A program made the translations under genes and the position numbers. From NCBI RefSeq assembly GCF_963968385.1, contig NZ_CAXAHB010000001.1, positions 1-61,470 of the forward strand: DNA of 61,470 nucleotides, in the 5' to 3' direction. The notes beneath the pieces are model-generated. The model made no database searches, was not told the DNA's origin, and saw only the letters and a program-made list of their open reading frames with translations. This DNA comes from an uncultured Oceanicoccus sp. Lineage in GTDB: Bacteria > Pseudomonadota > Gammaproteobacteria > Pseudomonadales > Dasaniaceae. Below are positions 29,753 to 41,008 of the stretch, in pieces (position 1 is the first letter of the stretch; the number at the start of each line of letters is the position of its first letter).

Positions 29753-31084
29753 ATGCAAGTTTCATTACAAACAACGTCGGGTCTAGAGCGTAAATTGACA
29801 GTCGGCGTCCCCGCTGAGCGTGTTGATAAAGAAGTTAATGTTCGCCTTCAAAAAGCGTCTAAAACGGTTCGTCTTGATGGTTTTCGTCCGGGTAAAGTCC
29901 CGATGAAAGTCATGAAGCAGCGTTTTGGTGCTGGGGTTCGTCAAGAAGTTTTGCAGGAAGTGATGAATCAAAGCTTCAGTGAGGCCATCACCCAAGAAAA
30001 TATCAAGCCCGCCGGTATGCCTTCAATTGAACCTAAAAATATCCAAGAAGGTGCTGACCTTGAGTATGTCGCTACCTTTGAAATACTGCCTGAAGTTGAT
30101 ACAAAAGATTACAGCTCAATGACCATTGAAACGCCGGTTGCTGACGTGGTTGATTCTGATATTGATAAAATGATTGAAACGCTTCGTGAGCAGCAGTCTT
30201 CATGGGAAGAGGTTGATCGTGCAGCTGCACAAGGCGATCAAGTCAATATTAACTATGTTGGTACTAAAGATGGTGAATCCTTTGAGGGCGGCACTGCCGA
30301 TAATTCACCTTTAGAATTGGGTTCAAATCGGATGATTCCAGGTTTTGAAGATGGCATCATTGGTTTGAAAGCCGGTGAAGAAAAGGTGCTGTCTTTAAGC
30401 TTCCCTGAAAATTATCATGCCGAAGAACTTAAAGGCGCTGCGGTAGAGTTTGCCGTCTCGGTAAATACTGTTGCCGAGAAAAAATTAGCCGAGCTTAATG
30501 ATGAACTGTTTGCAAAGTTTGGTGTTAATGAAGGTGGTGAAGCCAAATTTCGCGAAGATGTTGCCACTAATATGAAACGCGAATTAGAAAACGCCATAAA
30601 GAGCCAAGTTAAAAATCAGGTTATGGATGCATTAGTGGCCGCCCATAATGATCTACAAATTCCGCAGGCGTTAGTTAAGCAAGAAATCACAGCGTTAAAG
30701 CAACAAATGGTTCAGCAGTTTGGCGCTCAGGCCGAATCGTTAGATATAGATTCGCTACTGCCGGATGATATGTTTACTGAGCAAGCTGATCGTCGTGCCC
30801 GTTTAGGTTTAGTATTGCATCACTATATCGGCTCAGAAAACTTAACCGCTGACCCTGATAAAGTAAAAGAGGCTATTGAAGGAATCGCTGCACCTTATGA
30901 TGATCCTCAGGAAGTGATTAACTATTACTATGGCAACCAGCAACAATTGCAGCAAGTTCAGTCAGTAGTGCTGGAAGATGCCGCTGTAGAAAAATTGATG
31001 GCGCAGGCGACGGTCACTGATAAAGCCAGTAGCTATGAAGAAGTGATGGCGCCAAAGGCGCCGCCGGAAGCGGACGAAGAATAA
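29753..31084 (+). CDS. tig: Trigger factor
   Basis: GFRPGKVP ribosome-binding loop; FKBP domain FEGG.A...L.LGS.RMIPGFE. Confidence 0.97.
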   Translation: MQVSLQTTSGLERKLTVGVPAERVDKEVNVRLQKASKTVRLDGFRPGKVPMKVMKQRFGAGVRQEVLQEVMNQSFSEAITQENIKPAGMPSIEPKNIQEGADLEYVATFEILPEVDTKDYSSMTIETPVADVVDSDIDKMIETLREQQSSWEEVDRAAAQGDQVNINYVGTKDGESFEGGTADNSPLELGSNRMIPGFEDGIIGLKAGEEKVLSLSFPENYHAEELKGAAVEFAVSVNTVAEKKLAELNDELFAKFGVNEGGEAKFREDVATNMKRELENAIKSQVKNQVMDALVAAHNDLQIPQALVKQEITALKQQMVQQFGAQAESLDIDSLLPDDMFTEQADRRARLGLVLHHYIGSENLTADPDKVKEAIEGIAAPYDDPQEVINYYYGNQQQLQQVQSVVLEDAAVEKLMAQATVTDKASSYEEVMAPKAPPEADEE

Positions 31085-31113
31085 GTTCTTCAATCGTTTA
31101 GCCACAACAACAA

Positions 31114-31138
31114 CAAGCGACTATACTTTAGTCGCTTG
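31114..31138 (+). terminator. Hairpin terminator after tig
   Basis: CAAGCGACTA-tactt-TAGTCGCTTG followed by a T-rich tail. Confidence 0.7.
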
Positions 31139-31205
31139 CTTGTTTTCGGCGTCTATAAACACCATCAGTCAATAATCTCGATAAAAACGGAAGAGCGATA
31201 ACAGA

Positions 31206-31835
31206 ATGTCTAGATTTGATCCTCATACTATTAATCAGCAGGAAATTAACAACCTTGGTTTAATTCCTATGGTCGTCGAGCAGACGGCTAAAGGAGAGCG
31301 TTCCTATGATATCTATTCACGTCTGCTAAAAGAGCGCGTCATCTTTATGGTTGGCCCAGTTGAAGATAATATGGCCAATCTGATTGTTGCCCAGATGCTA
31401 TTTTTGGAGTCAGAAAACCCTGATAAAGATATTCATCTGTATATTAATTCGCCCGGCGGTTCTGTGACAGCGGGTTTATCTATTTACGATACCATGCAAT
31501 TTATTAAGCCCGATGTCAGTACCATGTGTATTGGTCAGGCCGCCAGCATGGGGGCCTTTCTGCTAACTGGTGGTGCCAAGGGTAAGCGTTTTATGCTGCC
31601 TAACGCCCGTACTATGATTCATCAGCCAAGTGGTGGTGCGCAGGGGCAGGCTACGGATATTGATATTCAAGCCAAGGAGATCCTGATTATCCGTGAGCGC
31701 CTAAATCAGTTGATGGCTCACCATACCGGTCAGGACTTCGAAACCATTGCTCGTGATACCGAGCGAGATAACTTTATGAACGCCGAGACCTCTAAGGAAT
31801 ACGGTCTGATAGATGAGGTTATAGAGCGTAGATAG
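31206..31835 (+). CDS. clpP: ATP-dependent Clp protease proteolytic subunit
   Basis: [37 protein letters not shown]. Confidence 0.97.
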   Translation: MSRFDPHTINQQEINNLGLIPMVVEQTAKGERSYDIYSRLLKERVIFMVGPVEDNMANLIVAQMLFLESENPDKDIHLYINSPGGSVTAGLSIYDTMQFIKPDVSTMCIGQAASMGAFLLTGGAKGKRFMLPNARTMIHQPSGGAQGQATDIDIQAKEILIIRERLNQLMAHHTGQDFETIARDTERDNFMNAETSKEYGLIDEVIERR

Positions 31836-31888
31836 TGGGCTGCAGGTTAGTTCTTGCGTTTGCAAATGATTAAATATGGCCTTCAGGA

Positions 31889-31917
31889 CTTGCAAAATCG
31901 TCTAAAAGACAGCATCT
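31889..31917 (+). promoter_or_regulatory. Possible sigma32 promoter of clpX
   Basis: CTTGCA-15-CAGCATCT versus consensus CTTGAA-N13-17-CCCCATnT. Confidence 0.4.
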
Positions 31918-31984
31918 TTAGACCTGAGATGTAGGTAGTTCGCTAGATACAAGGCTTTAAAGGCTCAAAAAGGGTGCAGTTTTA

Positions 31985-33274
31985 ATGAGTGATGATACCA
32001 AAGATACTGATGATGATGGCAAGCTGCTGTATTGCTCTTTTTGCGGCAAAAGCCAGCATGAAGTCCGCAAGCTGATCGCGGGTCCATCGGTCTTTATCTG
32101 TGACGAATGTGTTGACTTATGTAACGACATTATTCGCGAAGAAGTACAGGAAGGTACCGACGACAATAACCAAGAGCGTCTGCCAAGTCCCGTAGAAGTG
32201 AAAGAGATTCTCGACGAGTACGTTATTGGTCAAAAACGAGCCAAAAAGGTACTCGCCGTAGCGGTTTATAACCACTACAAGCGTTTACGCTTTAGTGACT
32301 CCAAGAAAGACGGGGTTGAGCTGGGTAAGAGTAATATTTTGCTAGTGGGCCCCACAGGTAGCGGTAAAACTCTGCTGGCTGAAACCTTGGCTCGTCTGCT
32401 AGATGTTCCTTTTACCATTGCTGATGCAACCACCCTGACTGAAGCGGGTTATGTGGGTGAAGACGTAGAAAATATCATTCAAAAGCTTCTGCAAAAATGC
32501 GACTACGATGTCGATAAAGCTCAAATGGGCATTGTCTATATTGATGAAATCGACAAGATTTCACGCAAGTCTGATAATCCATCCATCACACGTGACGTCT
32601 CGGGTGAAGGTGTGCAGCAGGCCTTGTTGAAGCTGATTGAGGGTACTGTCGCTTCTGTCCCACCACAGGGCGGACGCAAGCACCCACAACAAGAGTTTTT
32701 ACAGGTTGATACTTCCAATATCCTGTTTATCTGCGGCGGTGCCTTTGCCGGTCTGGATAAAGTGATTCGTGATCGCTCCGAGAAAGGCGGCATTGGTTTT
32801 GGTGCCGAAGTAAAAAGCAAGGATCTGACGAAGAATGTCGGTGAAGTATTGGCTGATCTAGAGCCGGAAGATTTGGTTCGCTATGGCCTTATCCCTGAAT
32901 TTGTCGGTCGTTTGCCGGTCATTGCTACGCTTGAAGAGCTCGATGTTGACGCTCTGATCAGCATCCTTACCGAGCCTAAAAATTCGCTAACCAAGCAATA
33001 TGCTAAATTGTTTGAAATGGAGTCCGTTGAAGTCGACTTCAGAGAAGACGGTGTTCGTGCTATTGCCGAAAAAGCGATGGAGCGTAAAACGGGTGCTCGT
33101 GGCCTGCGTTCTATCCTGGAGTCGGTGCTACTTGAAACCATGTATAAGATTCCATCGGAAGATACGGTGTCTAAAATCGTCATTGATGAATCGGTGATTA
33201 AGGGTGAATCCGAACCGTTACTGGTTTATAAAAATCCTGAGCAGGAATTAAAATCAGCTTCTCCCGACGAATAG
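31985..33274 (+). CDS. clpX: Clp protease ATP-binding subunit ClpX
   Basis: CSFCGK...ICDEC Zn finger, [20 protein letters not shown] loop. Confidence 0.98.
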   Translation: MSDDTKDTDDDGKLLYCSFCGKSQHEVRKLIAGPSVFICDECVDLCNDIIREEVQEGTDDNNQERLPSPVEVKEILDEYVIGQKRAKKVLAVAVYNHYKRLRFSDSKKDGVELGKSNILLVGPTGSGKTLLAETLARLLDVPFTIADATTLTEAGYVGEDVENIIQKLLQKCDYDVDKAQMGIVYIDEIDKISRKSDNPSITRDVSGEGVQQALLKLIEGTVASVPPQGGRKHPQQEFLQVDTSNILFICGGAFAGLDKVIRDRSEKGGIGFGAEVKSKDLTKNVGEVLADLEPEDLVRYGLIPEFVGRLPVIATLEELDVDALISILTEPKNSLTKQYAKLFEMESVEVDFREDGVRAIAEKAMERKTGARGLRSILESVLLETMYKIPSEDTVSKIVIDESVIKGESEPLLVYKNPEQELKSASPDE

Positions 33275-33286
33275 TGGGGTTGTTGC

Positions 33287-33310
33287 AAGGGTCTTTAATG
33301 GCCCTTTTTT
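33287..33310 (+). terminator. Terminator after clpX
   Basis: AAGGGTC...GGCCCTTTTTT. Confidence 0.6.
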
Positions 33311-33371
33311 GTGCCTGCAAGTCAGGCCTATTAGCCAGTTTTCATAGCTAAATAAAATAAAACGGATTTCC

Positions 33372-33399
33372 CTTGTAATTCAGGGTTATAGACCCAATA
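33372..33399 (+). promoter_or_regulatory. Possible sigma32 promoter of lon
   Basis: CTTGTA-14-ACCCAATA; lon is a classic heat-shock gene. Confidence 0.45.
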
Positions 33400-33485
33400 A
33401 AACCTTATACACTTATCAGTTATCATAATTAGCACATTAAACGTATTGCCCTCACATCAAAATTACAATTAAAGAGTAAACCGCT

Positions 33486-35924
33486 ATGAGCGAGAACATT
33501 GGCGAAAACATGGCATCCATTGAATTTCCATTATTGCCTTTAAGAGATGTTGTGGTTTATCCACATATGGTTATCCCACTGTTTGTTGGCCGAGAGCGCT
33601 CCATAGAAGCGTTAGAAGAGGCCATGGTCAATGATAAACAAATACTGTTGGTCGCCCAGAAAAATGCCTCGATTGATGATCCCGGTGAAGAAGATATTTA
33701 TCGAGTGGGTACCGTTTCTACCGTGTTACAGCTTCTTAAACTTCCCGATGGCACAGTAAAAGTGTTAGTTGAGGGTGGTTATCGGGCAAAGTTAGAAGCC
33801 GTCAATGCCAGCGAAACTTTTTATACCGCAGTCACTGTGGCCGATGAGCCAGAGCCACTTTCTGATGCAGATGCAGATGCCCTAGTTCAGGCTACGATGG
33901 CCCAGTTTGATAAATATGTGAATCTGAGTAAAAAAGTCCCTTCAGAGGTTTTAAATTCTGTTTCCGGTATTGATGAGCCGGGTCGTTTGGCAGATACCAT
34001 TGCCGCTCATATGTCGCTAGAACTCGAACAGAAACAAGCCATACTCGAGGTTGCTGACGTCAATGAGCGTATTGACCATCTTTTAGGTCTGATGGAAGCT
34101 GAGATTGATCTGTTTCAGGTTGAGAAGCGCATCCGTGGCCGGGTTAAAAAACAGATGGAGAAAAGCCAGCGCGAGTACTATCTAAATGAGCAGATGAAAG
34201 CTATTCAGAAAGAATTAGGTGATATGGATGAAGCACCTAATGAGCTTGATGACCTGCAAAACAAAATCAAAGAAAGCGGTATGAGCAAAGAGGCCGAAGA
34301 AAAGGCTAGTGCAGAACTTAACAAGCTGAAAATGATGTCGCCGATGTCTGCAGAAGCATCAGTAGTGCGCAGTTATATTGACTGGATGGTCAATGTTCCC
34401 TGGAAAAAGCGTTCTAAAGTCAAGCATGACTTAAAACGTGCCTCTAAAATTCTTGAAGATGATCATTATGGTTTGGAGGAAGTTAAAGAACGAATTCTTG
34501 AGTATCTTGCCGTTCAAAAGCGCGTTAAAAAGATCAAAGGGCCGGTGCTTTGTTTAGTCGGACCACCGGGTGTGGGTAAAACGTCACTGGGTGAATCTAT
34601 TGCCCGCTCAACCAATCGCAAATTTGTTCGTATGGCTTTGGGTGGGGTGCGTGATGAAGCGGAAATTCGCGGTCATCGTCGTACTTATATTGGTTCAATG
34701 CCCGGCAAGATTTTGCAGAAGCTGTCTAAAGTTGAGGTGAAAAACCCTTTATTTTTACTCGATGAAATTGACAAAATGGGGATGGATAACCGTGGCGATC
34801 CAGCCTCAGCCTTATTGGAAGTGTTAGATCCTGAGCAAAACAATAGCTTTAATGACCACTATCTAGAAGTCGATTACGATCTTTCCGATGTCATGTTTAT
34901 TTGTACTTCTAATTCTATGAATATCCCCGCGCCGCTGTTGGATCGAATGGAAGTGATTCGTATCCCCGGTTATACCGAAGATGAGAAGGTCAATATTGCC
35001 CAGCGTTACCTCAAGCCTAAAGCGATGAAAAACAATGGGCTTAAGGACACTGAGTTAACCATTACCGAATCAGCGATTCGTGATTTGGTGCGTTATTACA
35101 CTCGTGAAGCGGGGGTAAGAAATCTTGAGCGGGAGGTTGCCAAACTTTGTCGTAAAGTCGTCAAAGAGTTCTCGCTAGGCGAGAAAAAAGCTCCTATCAC
35201 CCTTACATCTGCAGATCTAGAACACTACAGCGGCGTTCGCAAATTTACTTATGGTAAAGCTGAGGACGATAACCAGATAGGCCAAGTCACGGGTTTGGCA
35301 TGGACACAGGTTGGTGGTGAACTACTAACCATTGAGGCGGTGTCAGTGACGGGTAAGGGTCGTCAAGTTAAAACTGGTTCGCTGGGAGACATTATGCAGG
35401 AATCGATTCAGGCAGCGACCACCGTTGTTCGCAGTCGTTCTCAGCTATTAGGTATTCCTGCCAGATACCATGATGAGCACGATTTGCATATTCACGTGCC
35501 AGAAGGTGCTACACCCAAAGACGGCCCCAGTGCCGGTATTGGCATGTGCACGGCGTTAGTTTCGGTTTTAACGGGTATTGCGGTTAACTCTGATGTGGCG
35601 ATGACCGGTGAAATTACCTTGCGTGGGCAAGTTTTACCCATCGGCGGTCTGAAAGAGAAATTATTGGCAGCACATCGAGGCGGTATTAAGACGGTCATTA
35701 TCCCTGATGAGAATAGCCGTGATCTAAAAGAAATTCCGAATAATATAAAAGCCGATCTGGAAATTAAGCCGGTTAAGTGGATCGATGAAGTGTTGGAGAT
35801 CGCTCTAGAAACGGTGCCAAAACCGCTGTCGGATGAAGAGTTTTTAGGTAAGTCTGAGGATAATTCGGCGCCAATAAAGGAAAAACCTAAAAAGGGCGGA
35901 AAAAGCCAGCCAAAGGCCCATTAA
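33486..35924 (+). CDS. lon: Lon protease
   Basis: PLLPLRDVVVYP, GPPGVGKTS, LLDEIDK, PKDGPSAG (catalytic Ser), IGGLKEK. Confidence 0.98.
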   Translation: MSENIGENMASIEFPLLPLRDVVVYPHMVIPLFVGRERSIEALEEAMVNDKQILLVAQKNASIDDPGEEDIYRVGTVSTVLQLLKLPDGTVKVLVEGGYRAKLEAVNASETFYTAVTVADEPEPLSDADADALVQATMAQFDKYVNLSKKVPSEVLNSVSGIDEPGRLADTIAAHMSLELEQKQAILEVADVNERIDHLLGLMEAEIDLFQVEKRIRGRVKKQMEKSQREYYLNEQMKAIQKELGDMDEAPNELDDLQNKIKESGMSKEAEEKASAELNKLKMMSPMSAEASVVRSYIDWMVNVPWKKRSKVKHDLKRASKILEDDHYGLEEVKERILEYLAVQKRVKKIKGPVLCLVGPPGVGKTSLGESIARSTNRKFVRMALGGVRDEAEIRGHRRTYIGSMPGKILQKLSKVEVKNPLFLLDEIDKMGMDNRGDPASALLEVLDPEQNNSFNDHYLEVDYDLSDVMFICTSNSMNIPAPLLDRMEVIRIPGYTEDEKVNIAQRYLKPKAMKNNGLKDTELTITESAIRDLVRYYTREAGVRNLEREVAKLCRKVVKEFSLGEKKAPITLTSADLEHYSGVRKFTYGKAEDDNQIGQVTGLAWTQVGGELLTIEAVSVTGKGRQVKTGSLGDIMQESIQAATTVVRSRSQLLGIPARYHDEHDLHIHVPEGATPKDGPSAGIGMCTALVSVLTGIAVNSDVAMTGEITLRGQVLPIGGLKEKLLAAHRGGIKTVIIPDENSRDLKEIPNNIKADLEIKPVKWIDEVLEIALETVPKPLSDEEFLGKSEDNSAPIKEKPKKGGKSQPKAH

Positions 35925-35939
35925 ATAGCGCTTTTCGGC

Positions 35940-35968
35940 TTGACCGGAATGGGCGCAATTGGTATAAA
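35940..35968 (+). promoter_or_regulatory. sigma70 promoter of hupB
   Basis: TTGACC-17-TATAAA with a TGn extension. Confidence 0.6.
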
Positions 35969-36128
35969 TTGGGTCCTGCTGTAAATAAAGCCGAATTATT
36001 AGAGATAATAAAACGGAAAAATAAATTCTTGGCTTTAGATTTTTGTTATCGCTCAACACAGATCTAGCAGGCTGTAAGTTGATAATAAGTGAAAAGCTAA
36101 AGGCCCATATTCTTAAAAGGGGATGAAT

Positions 36129-36401
36129 GTGAATAAATCTGAACTGATTGAAGCAGTTTCGGCGTCTGCCGATCTACCTAAGGCCGCTGCCGGTCGTGCG
36201 TTAGATGCGATGGTTGAAGCGGTAACTGAAGCATTAAAAGCAAACGACCAAGTTGTATTGGTTGGTTTTGGAACCTTCTCTGTTAAAGATCGTGCTGCTC
36301 GCACTGGTCGCAATCCGCAAACTGGCGCAGAGATCCAAATTAAAGCGGCTAAAGTCCCTGGTTTTAAAGCGGGTAAAGCACTGAAAGACGCTGTTAACTA
36401 A
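36129..36401 (+). CDS. hupB: DNA-binding protein HU
   Basis: [37 protein letters not shown]; lon-hupB-ppiD synteny; GTG start at 36129 (ATG 36123 possible). Confidence 0.96.
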   Translation: MNKSELIEAVSASADLPKAAAGRALDAMVEAVTEALKANDQVVLVGFGTFSVKDRAARTGRNPQTGAEIQIKAAKVPGFKAGKALKDAVN

Positions 36402-36497
36402 TTGTCCTTCAAGGTCTATCTTTTGATGATTCAATCGATGGTCCTGAGATAATACAGCGACAAATGTTTCACAATTGATCTAAAATTTGAACATTTT

Positions 36498-36526
36498 AAA
36501 GGCGCATCTTTTGATGCGTTTTTTTT
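36498..36526 (+). terminator. Terminator after hupB
   Basis: GGCGCATC-tttt-GATGCGTTTTTTTT. Confidence 0.7.
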
Positions 36527-36556
36527 GTTTAAGGCAAATGCTCTGCGGAGAATCAA

Positions 36557-38434
36557 ATGCTGCAAAATATTCGTGATAATAGCCAAGGCTTGGTGGCCAA
36601 ATTTATTATAGGTCTAATCATTATACCGTTTGCTTTATTTGGTATTGATAGCCTGGTTGGTGGTGGGGGTCCAGCAACTGTTGCTACCGTTAATGGTGAA
36701 GAAATTACCCTGCTTGAGCTAGATCAGTTGGTCAACCTTGAGCGTCGCAGACTGTTTAATCAGATGGGGGAAAATGCAGATCCATCGTTGTTGACCGATG
36801 AGTTATTGCGTGGGCCTGTTCTTGATCGTTTAATACAGCAGAAGTTAATTATTCAGGCGGCTACTGATGAATCGGTTACGGTATCCGCTGTAGCCATTGA
36901 TCAGGCTATTGTTGCGATGAGTCAATATCAGCAAGATGGTCAGTTTTCGCCCCAGCTTTATCAAAGTGTTTTGCGCAATAACGGTTATACATCGACCTAT
37001 TATAAGCAGTTGGTATCCGACAATATGACCACCAACCAGCTCAATGCAGGTATTGCCGGTTCTGCGTTTGTTACCGAGGCTGAGCTTGAGTTAGTCGCCA
37101 GTATAGTTGGGCAACAAAGAAGTTTTCGTTATTTTTTGCTGCCCAGCGAAAAGATCTCTAGCCAGATTTCGATTAATGACCAGCAGCTACAAGCCTATTA
37201 CCAAGCCAATATCGATAATTTTCAATCTGAAGATCAAGTAAAGCTTGAGTATATCGAACTGAAGCAGCAGGATTTCTTTAAGCCAGTTTCTGAGCAAGCC
37301 CTTGTGCAAGCCTATGAAGAGGAAATGGAATCTTTTGAAACCGGTGAAGAGCGTCGTGCGTCCCATATTCTTATCGAGATTGGTGATGAGGATGATAAGA
37401 AGGCGGCCAAAGCAAAAATTGAATCGTTAGTCACTAAACTGAATAATGGTGATTCATTTGAAGCTCTTGCCAGCGAATTTTCTGATGACGCAGGCTCTGC
37501 CCGTAATGCCGGTGATCTGGGTTACACTCAGGGTGATACCTTCCCAGCAGAATTTGAAGCCGCATTGGCGCAATTAGCCCTTGATCAAGTATCTGCGCCG
37601 GTTTTAACCGATGCCGGTTTTCATTTAATTAAGGCTACTGACATCAAATTAGGCGATAAGCCCTCATTTGAGGATCGCAAACTAGTATTAAGTCAACGCA
37701 TACAGCTTGCCGCTGCCGAAGCTGATTTTATTAAAGCCGTTGAAAACCTGCGCGATCTAGCCTTCAACTCGGAGGGGCTTTCCGCTACTGCACAAGAGCT
37801 TTCATTAGAACGTAGCCAGTCAAATTTTATCAGTCAGTCAACAGCGGATGGTATTTTGGCGAACTCACAAGTGTTAGCAGCAGCGTACAGTGAGGATGTA
37901 TTAAAAGATGGTAACAATAGTGAAGTATTGGAGCTGGCCTCGGATCATTTTATCGTGATTAATGTTGTCGAGCATCGGCCGCCAGCAGCTAGACCATTTG
38001 CTGAAGTCAAAGCAGCTATTATGACTCAGTTAACTGCCGAGCAATCGACGGAACTAGCCCTTCAGCTATCTGAAGATTATATTGCCGCTTTATCCTCTGG
38101 TGCTTCGTTAGAGGATGTAGCTAAAGCGCAAGGTTATGAGTGGCAGGCTGAACAAAATATTACTCGTAATACTGCTTCTGTTACAGCTGATTTGTTATCG
38201 GCCGTATTTGCCATTCCTGCCTCTAGCAATACAGTGGTTAATAAGGCCGTTAGTCTGGCTAACGGAGATGTTGCGGTTATTCAGCTAGAAGCAGTAAAGA
38301 ATGGCAATTTGCAACAGTTCTCTACCGCAGAGCAGCGTGACTTAAAACAACAACTTCAGCGTGCCGTTAGCAATCGTAGCATCGCTAACTTTATCAGTTC
38401 GCTGAGAAATAATGCGGAAATCGATATCTTATAA
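36557..38434 (+). CDS. ppiD: Periplasmic chaperone/parvulin PpiD
   Basis: MLQNIRD N-terminal TM, SurA-like domain, RRASHILI...F..LA.EFS.D.GSA...GDLG, GFHLIK. Confidence 0.92.
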   Translation: MLQNIRDNSQGLVAKFIIGLIIIPFALFGIDSLVGGGGPATVATVNGEEITLLELDQLVNLERRRLFNQMGENADPSLLTDELLRGPVLDRLIQQKLIIQAATDESVTVSAVAIDQAIVAMSQYQQDGQFSPQLYQSVLRNNGYTSTYYKQLVSDNMTTNQLNAGIAGSAFVTEAELELVASIVGQQRSFRYFLLPSEKISSQISINDQQLQAYYQANIDNFQSEDQVKLEYIELKQQDFFKPVSEQALVQAYEEEMESFETGEERRASHILIEIGDEDDKKAAKAKIESLVTKLNNGDSFEALASEFSDDAGSARNAGDLGYTQGDTFPAEFEAALAQLALDQVSAPVLTDAGFHLIKATDIKLGDKPSFEDRKLVLSQRIQLAAAEADFIKAVENLRDLAFNSEGLSATAQELSLERSQSNFISQSTADGILANSQVLAAAYSEDVLKDGNNSEVLELASDHFIVINVVEHRPPAARPFAEVKAAIMTQLTAEQSTELALQLSEDYIAALSSGASLEDVAKAQGYEWQAEQNITRNTASVTADLLSAVFAIPASSNTVVNKAVSLANGDVAVIQLEAVKNGNLQQFSTAEQRDLKQQLQRAVSNRSIANFISSLRNNAEIDIL

Positions 38435-38477
38435 TATTGATTAGAACAGATTATATTTATTTTAGGAGTTTTTAACG

Positions 38478-39659
38478 GTGTACAAGGTGCTCACTTTAAA
38501 TCAAATATCCATTAAAGGTTTGGATAGGCTGCCACGTGATGGCTATGAGATCGCTAGCGAATTTTCAAATCCCGATAGCGTTTTATTGCGAAGCCATAAA
38601 CTAAAGCCTGAAGATATTCCTTCATCAGTTTTGGGTATAGCACGTGCTGGTGCCGGTTATAACAATATCCCAGTTGATTATTGTACGGAGCAGGGTATTC
38701 CTGTTTTTAATACCCCGGGTGCCAATGCCAATGCGGTTAAAGAATTGATTGTTTCTGCTTTGACGCTGGGTTCGCGCGGTATTCTGGAAGGTATCGACTA
38801 TGTCAATACCTTATCCGATATGACCGATGGTCCGGAGATGAGCAAATTACTGGAAAAGGAAAAAAAGCGTTTTAAAGGTAATGAATTAGCCGGTAAGACG
38901 CTAGGTGTTATTGGCTTGGGTGCGATTGGATCAATGGTGGCCGATACCGCATTAAATCTAGGTATGCAGGTTGCAGGTTATGATCCTGCGCTATCTGTCG
39001 ACGCTGCGTGGCGTTTATCCAGCAATATTACAAAAGTTGATAATATTGCTTCATTGGTTTCACGCTCTGATTATATTACTCTGCATTTACCCGTCTTGGA
39101 TGCAACGCGCGGTATGATCAACAGTGATCTACTTTCAAACCTGAAAGAGGGCGCTATCTTACTGAATTTTGCTCGTGAGGAAATCGTTGATACTGCAGCT
39201 GTGATTGCAGCGTTAGAGTCCGGCAAATTGGCTAAATATATTGCTGATTTTCCTTCACCTGAATTGATTGGTGTTAAGGGTGCAGTGTTAACGCCTCATA
39301 TCGGCGCTAGTACTGATGAAGCAGAGGAGAACTGTGCGGTGATGGCGGCCAACCAGCTAAAAGATTTCCTTGAGAACGGTAATATCAAAAACTCTGTTAA
39401 CTTTCCGCCATTAAATCTTGATCGTACGCCAGATTGTGAAAGTGTTCGTATTTCTATCAGCAACCGTAACGTGCCCAAAATTCTGGGTAATATCCTGTCG
39501 ATTTTAGCTGATGAAAATATCAATGTGGTCGATATGCTTAATAAAAGTCGCGATGAAATTGCCTACAATTTAATTGATGTTGATACCGTTCCGCCAGCAA
39601 GCGTCATCCAGCAAATGATTGATATTGAGGGTGTGATCAATGTTCGCTTGATTGGCTAA
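38478..39659 (+). CDS. serA: D-3-phosphoglycerate dehydrogenase with ACT domain
   Basis: RAGAG.NNIP, FNTPGANANAVKEL, GLGAIG, LNFAR, PHIGAST.EAE.NCA. Confidence 0.85.
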   Translation: MYKVLTLNQISIKGLDRLPRDGYEIASEFSNPDSVLLRSHKLKPEDIPSSVLGIARAGAGYNNIPVDYCTEQGIPVFNTPGANANAVKELIVSALTLGSRGILEGIDYVNTLSDMTDGPEMSKLLEKEKKRFKGNELAGKTLGVIGLGAIGSMVADTALNLGMQVAGYDPALSVDAAWRLSSNITKVDNIASLVSRSDYITLHLPVLDATRGMINSDLLSNLKEGAILLNFAREEIVDTAAVIAALESGKLAKYIADFPSPELIGVKGAVLTPHIGASTDEAEENCAVMAANQLKDFLENGNIKNSVNFPPLNLDRTPDCESVRISISNRNVPKILGNILSILADENINVVDMLNKSRDEIAYNLIDVDTVPPASVIQQMIDIEGVINVRLIG

Positions 39660-39684
39660 ATTAACTTTGGCCTCAGCGACTATC

Positions 39685-39711
39685 AAAGGGTTCTTACGAG
39701 AGCCCTTTTTT
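39685..39711 (+). terminator. Terminator after serA
   Basis: AAAGGGTTCT...AGAGCCCTTTTTT. Confidence 0.65.
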
Positions 39712-39786
39712 GTACCGAAAGATTGACGAGGTAGAGGGCATAGTTCTACTGTCAATTATGTTCAGCGAGTGGAAGGGGTAAGCATC

Positions 39787-40374
39787 ATGTTATTCAACAC
39801 AATAAAACTTAGCCTGCTAATTGTTTTCGCGCTGTTATTACAGGCCTGTCAGTCATCTTTTATTGTTGATCAAACAAGTCACTATGCCAGAGCAATTGGC
39901 ATTATTAATCAATTTGAAGTCACTCGCTGGCATCACCGAGTTATTGGTACCAATAATCGTATTAGTGTAGTGAGCGATGCTATCGATAATGTCGATGTTA
40001 TTTTTTTAAGTGAAGTCATTGCCAAGGGTCTGGCACCTTACTTTAATCATGTGCAGGGAGGAGCGTCCAAAGACGCCATAGATGATGCAATAGCTCTGAC
40101 TAAAGTGCATGGAAATAACTATTTGGTGTATGTTGAGGTGGCTGATTTAAATGCCGTTATTGAACCTGACACCGTTAAACCAACTACCAACTATAGCCGT
40201 ATTCAATTAATACTCACTGTAGTTGATGTTGTCAGCTCTTCTACCGTGGAAAAAATACTATTGAGTGCTAACACTCAACATTGGAGTTTCTGGGGCGATG
40301 AGATGCCTGGTTTATTGGCCAAGCCTGTTGCGTTTGTTGGCAATAGTTTGACGGGTTACCGCGCAGTTAATTAG
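39787..40374 (+). CDS. Putative lipoprotein
   Basis: Signal peptide ending in lipobox LLLQA-C. Confidence 0.65.
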   Translation: MLFNTIKLSLLIVFALLLQACQSSFIVDQTSHYARAIGIINQFEVTRWHHRVIGTNNRISVVSDAIDNVDVIFLSEVIAKGLAPYFNHVQGGASKDAIDDAIALTKVHGNNYLVYVEVADLNAVIEPDTVKPTTNYSRIQLILTVVDVVSSSTVEKILLSANTQHWSFWGDEMPGLLAKPVAFVGNSLTGYRAVN

Positions 40375-40411
40375 CCGTTCTACTTTCTTGTTATCGTTAA
40401 TGGTCGTGTTT

Positions 40412-40951
40412 ATGAAAACTGGATTAGAAAATATAGAGCAGCACCTCAAACAACAGACCAAAAAACCGCCGCTGGACCTCTGGCATCCAGAGTTATGTGG
40501 TGATATCGATATTGTGATTAAGGCCAATGGTGATTGGTTTCACGATGGGTTTCCAATCAAGCGTCAATCGTTAATTAAATTATTTTCTACTATTTTGCGA
40601 CGCGAAGAGGATGGTGATTATTATCTCTTAACACCGGTTGAGAAATGGCGTATTCAGGTGGAGCAAACAGCGTTGATTATAGTGGATATGGATGTTGTCA
40701 ATGCAGGCCAGCCCGATCAAAAAATTATTTTCACTAGCAACGTTGATGATCAATATACGCTGGGTGAGAAATATCCCTTAACAGTCTCTAGTGTTGGAAA
40801 TTCCAATGAAGCCATTCCTTTTGTTTGTTTGGAGCAGAAGCTAACAGCCAAACTTGTTCGTGCGGTATTTTACCGGCTGGCGGATTTGGCGGTTGAAAAA
40901 AACGGGGGGTTTGTTGTTGCTAGTGAAGGTCTTGAGTTTGCCATTGGGTGA
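40412..40951 (+). CDS. DUF1285 family protein
   Basis: PP..LWHP..CGDID..I..NG.W.H.G.PI.R..L.KLFS.ILRRE..G.YYL.TPVEK.RI.VE. Confidence 0.82.
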   Translation: MKTGLENIEQHLKQQTKKPPLDLWHPELCGDIDIVIKANGDWFHDGFPIKRQSLIKLFSTILRREEDGDYYLLTPVEKWRIQVEQTALIIVDMDVVNAGQPDQKIIFTSNVDDQYTLGEKYPLTVSSVGNSNEAIPFVCLEQKLTAKLVRAVFYRLADLAVEKNGGFVVASEGLEFAIG

Positions 40952-41008
40952 GTTTCTTGGAAATCCATCCGTGGATGCCCGGCAAGTAATTTTCTATACG
41001 AATTCACA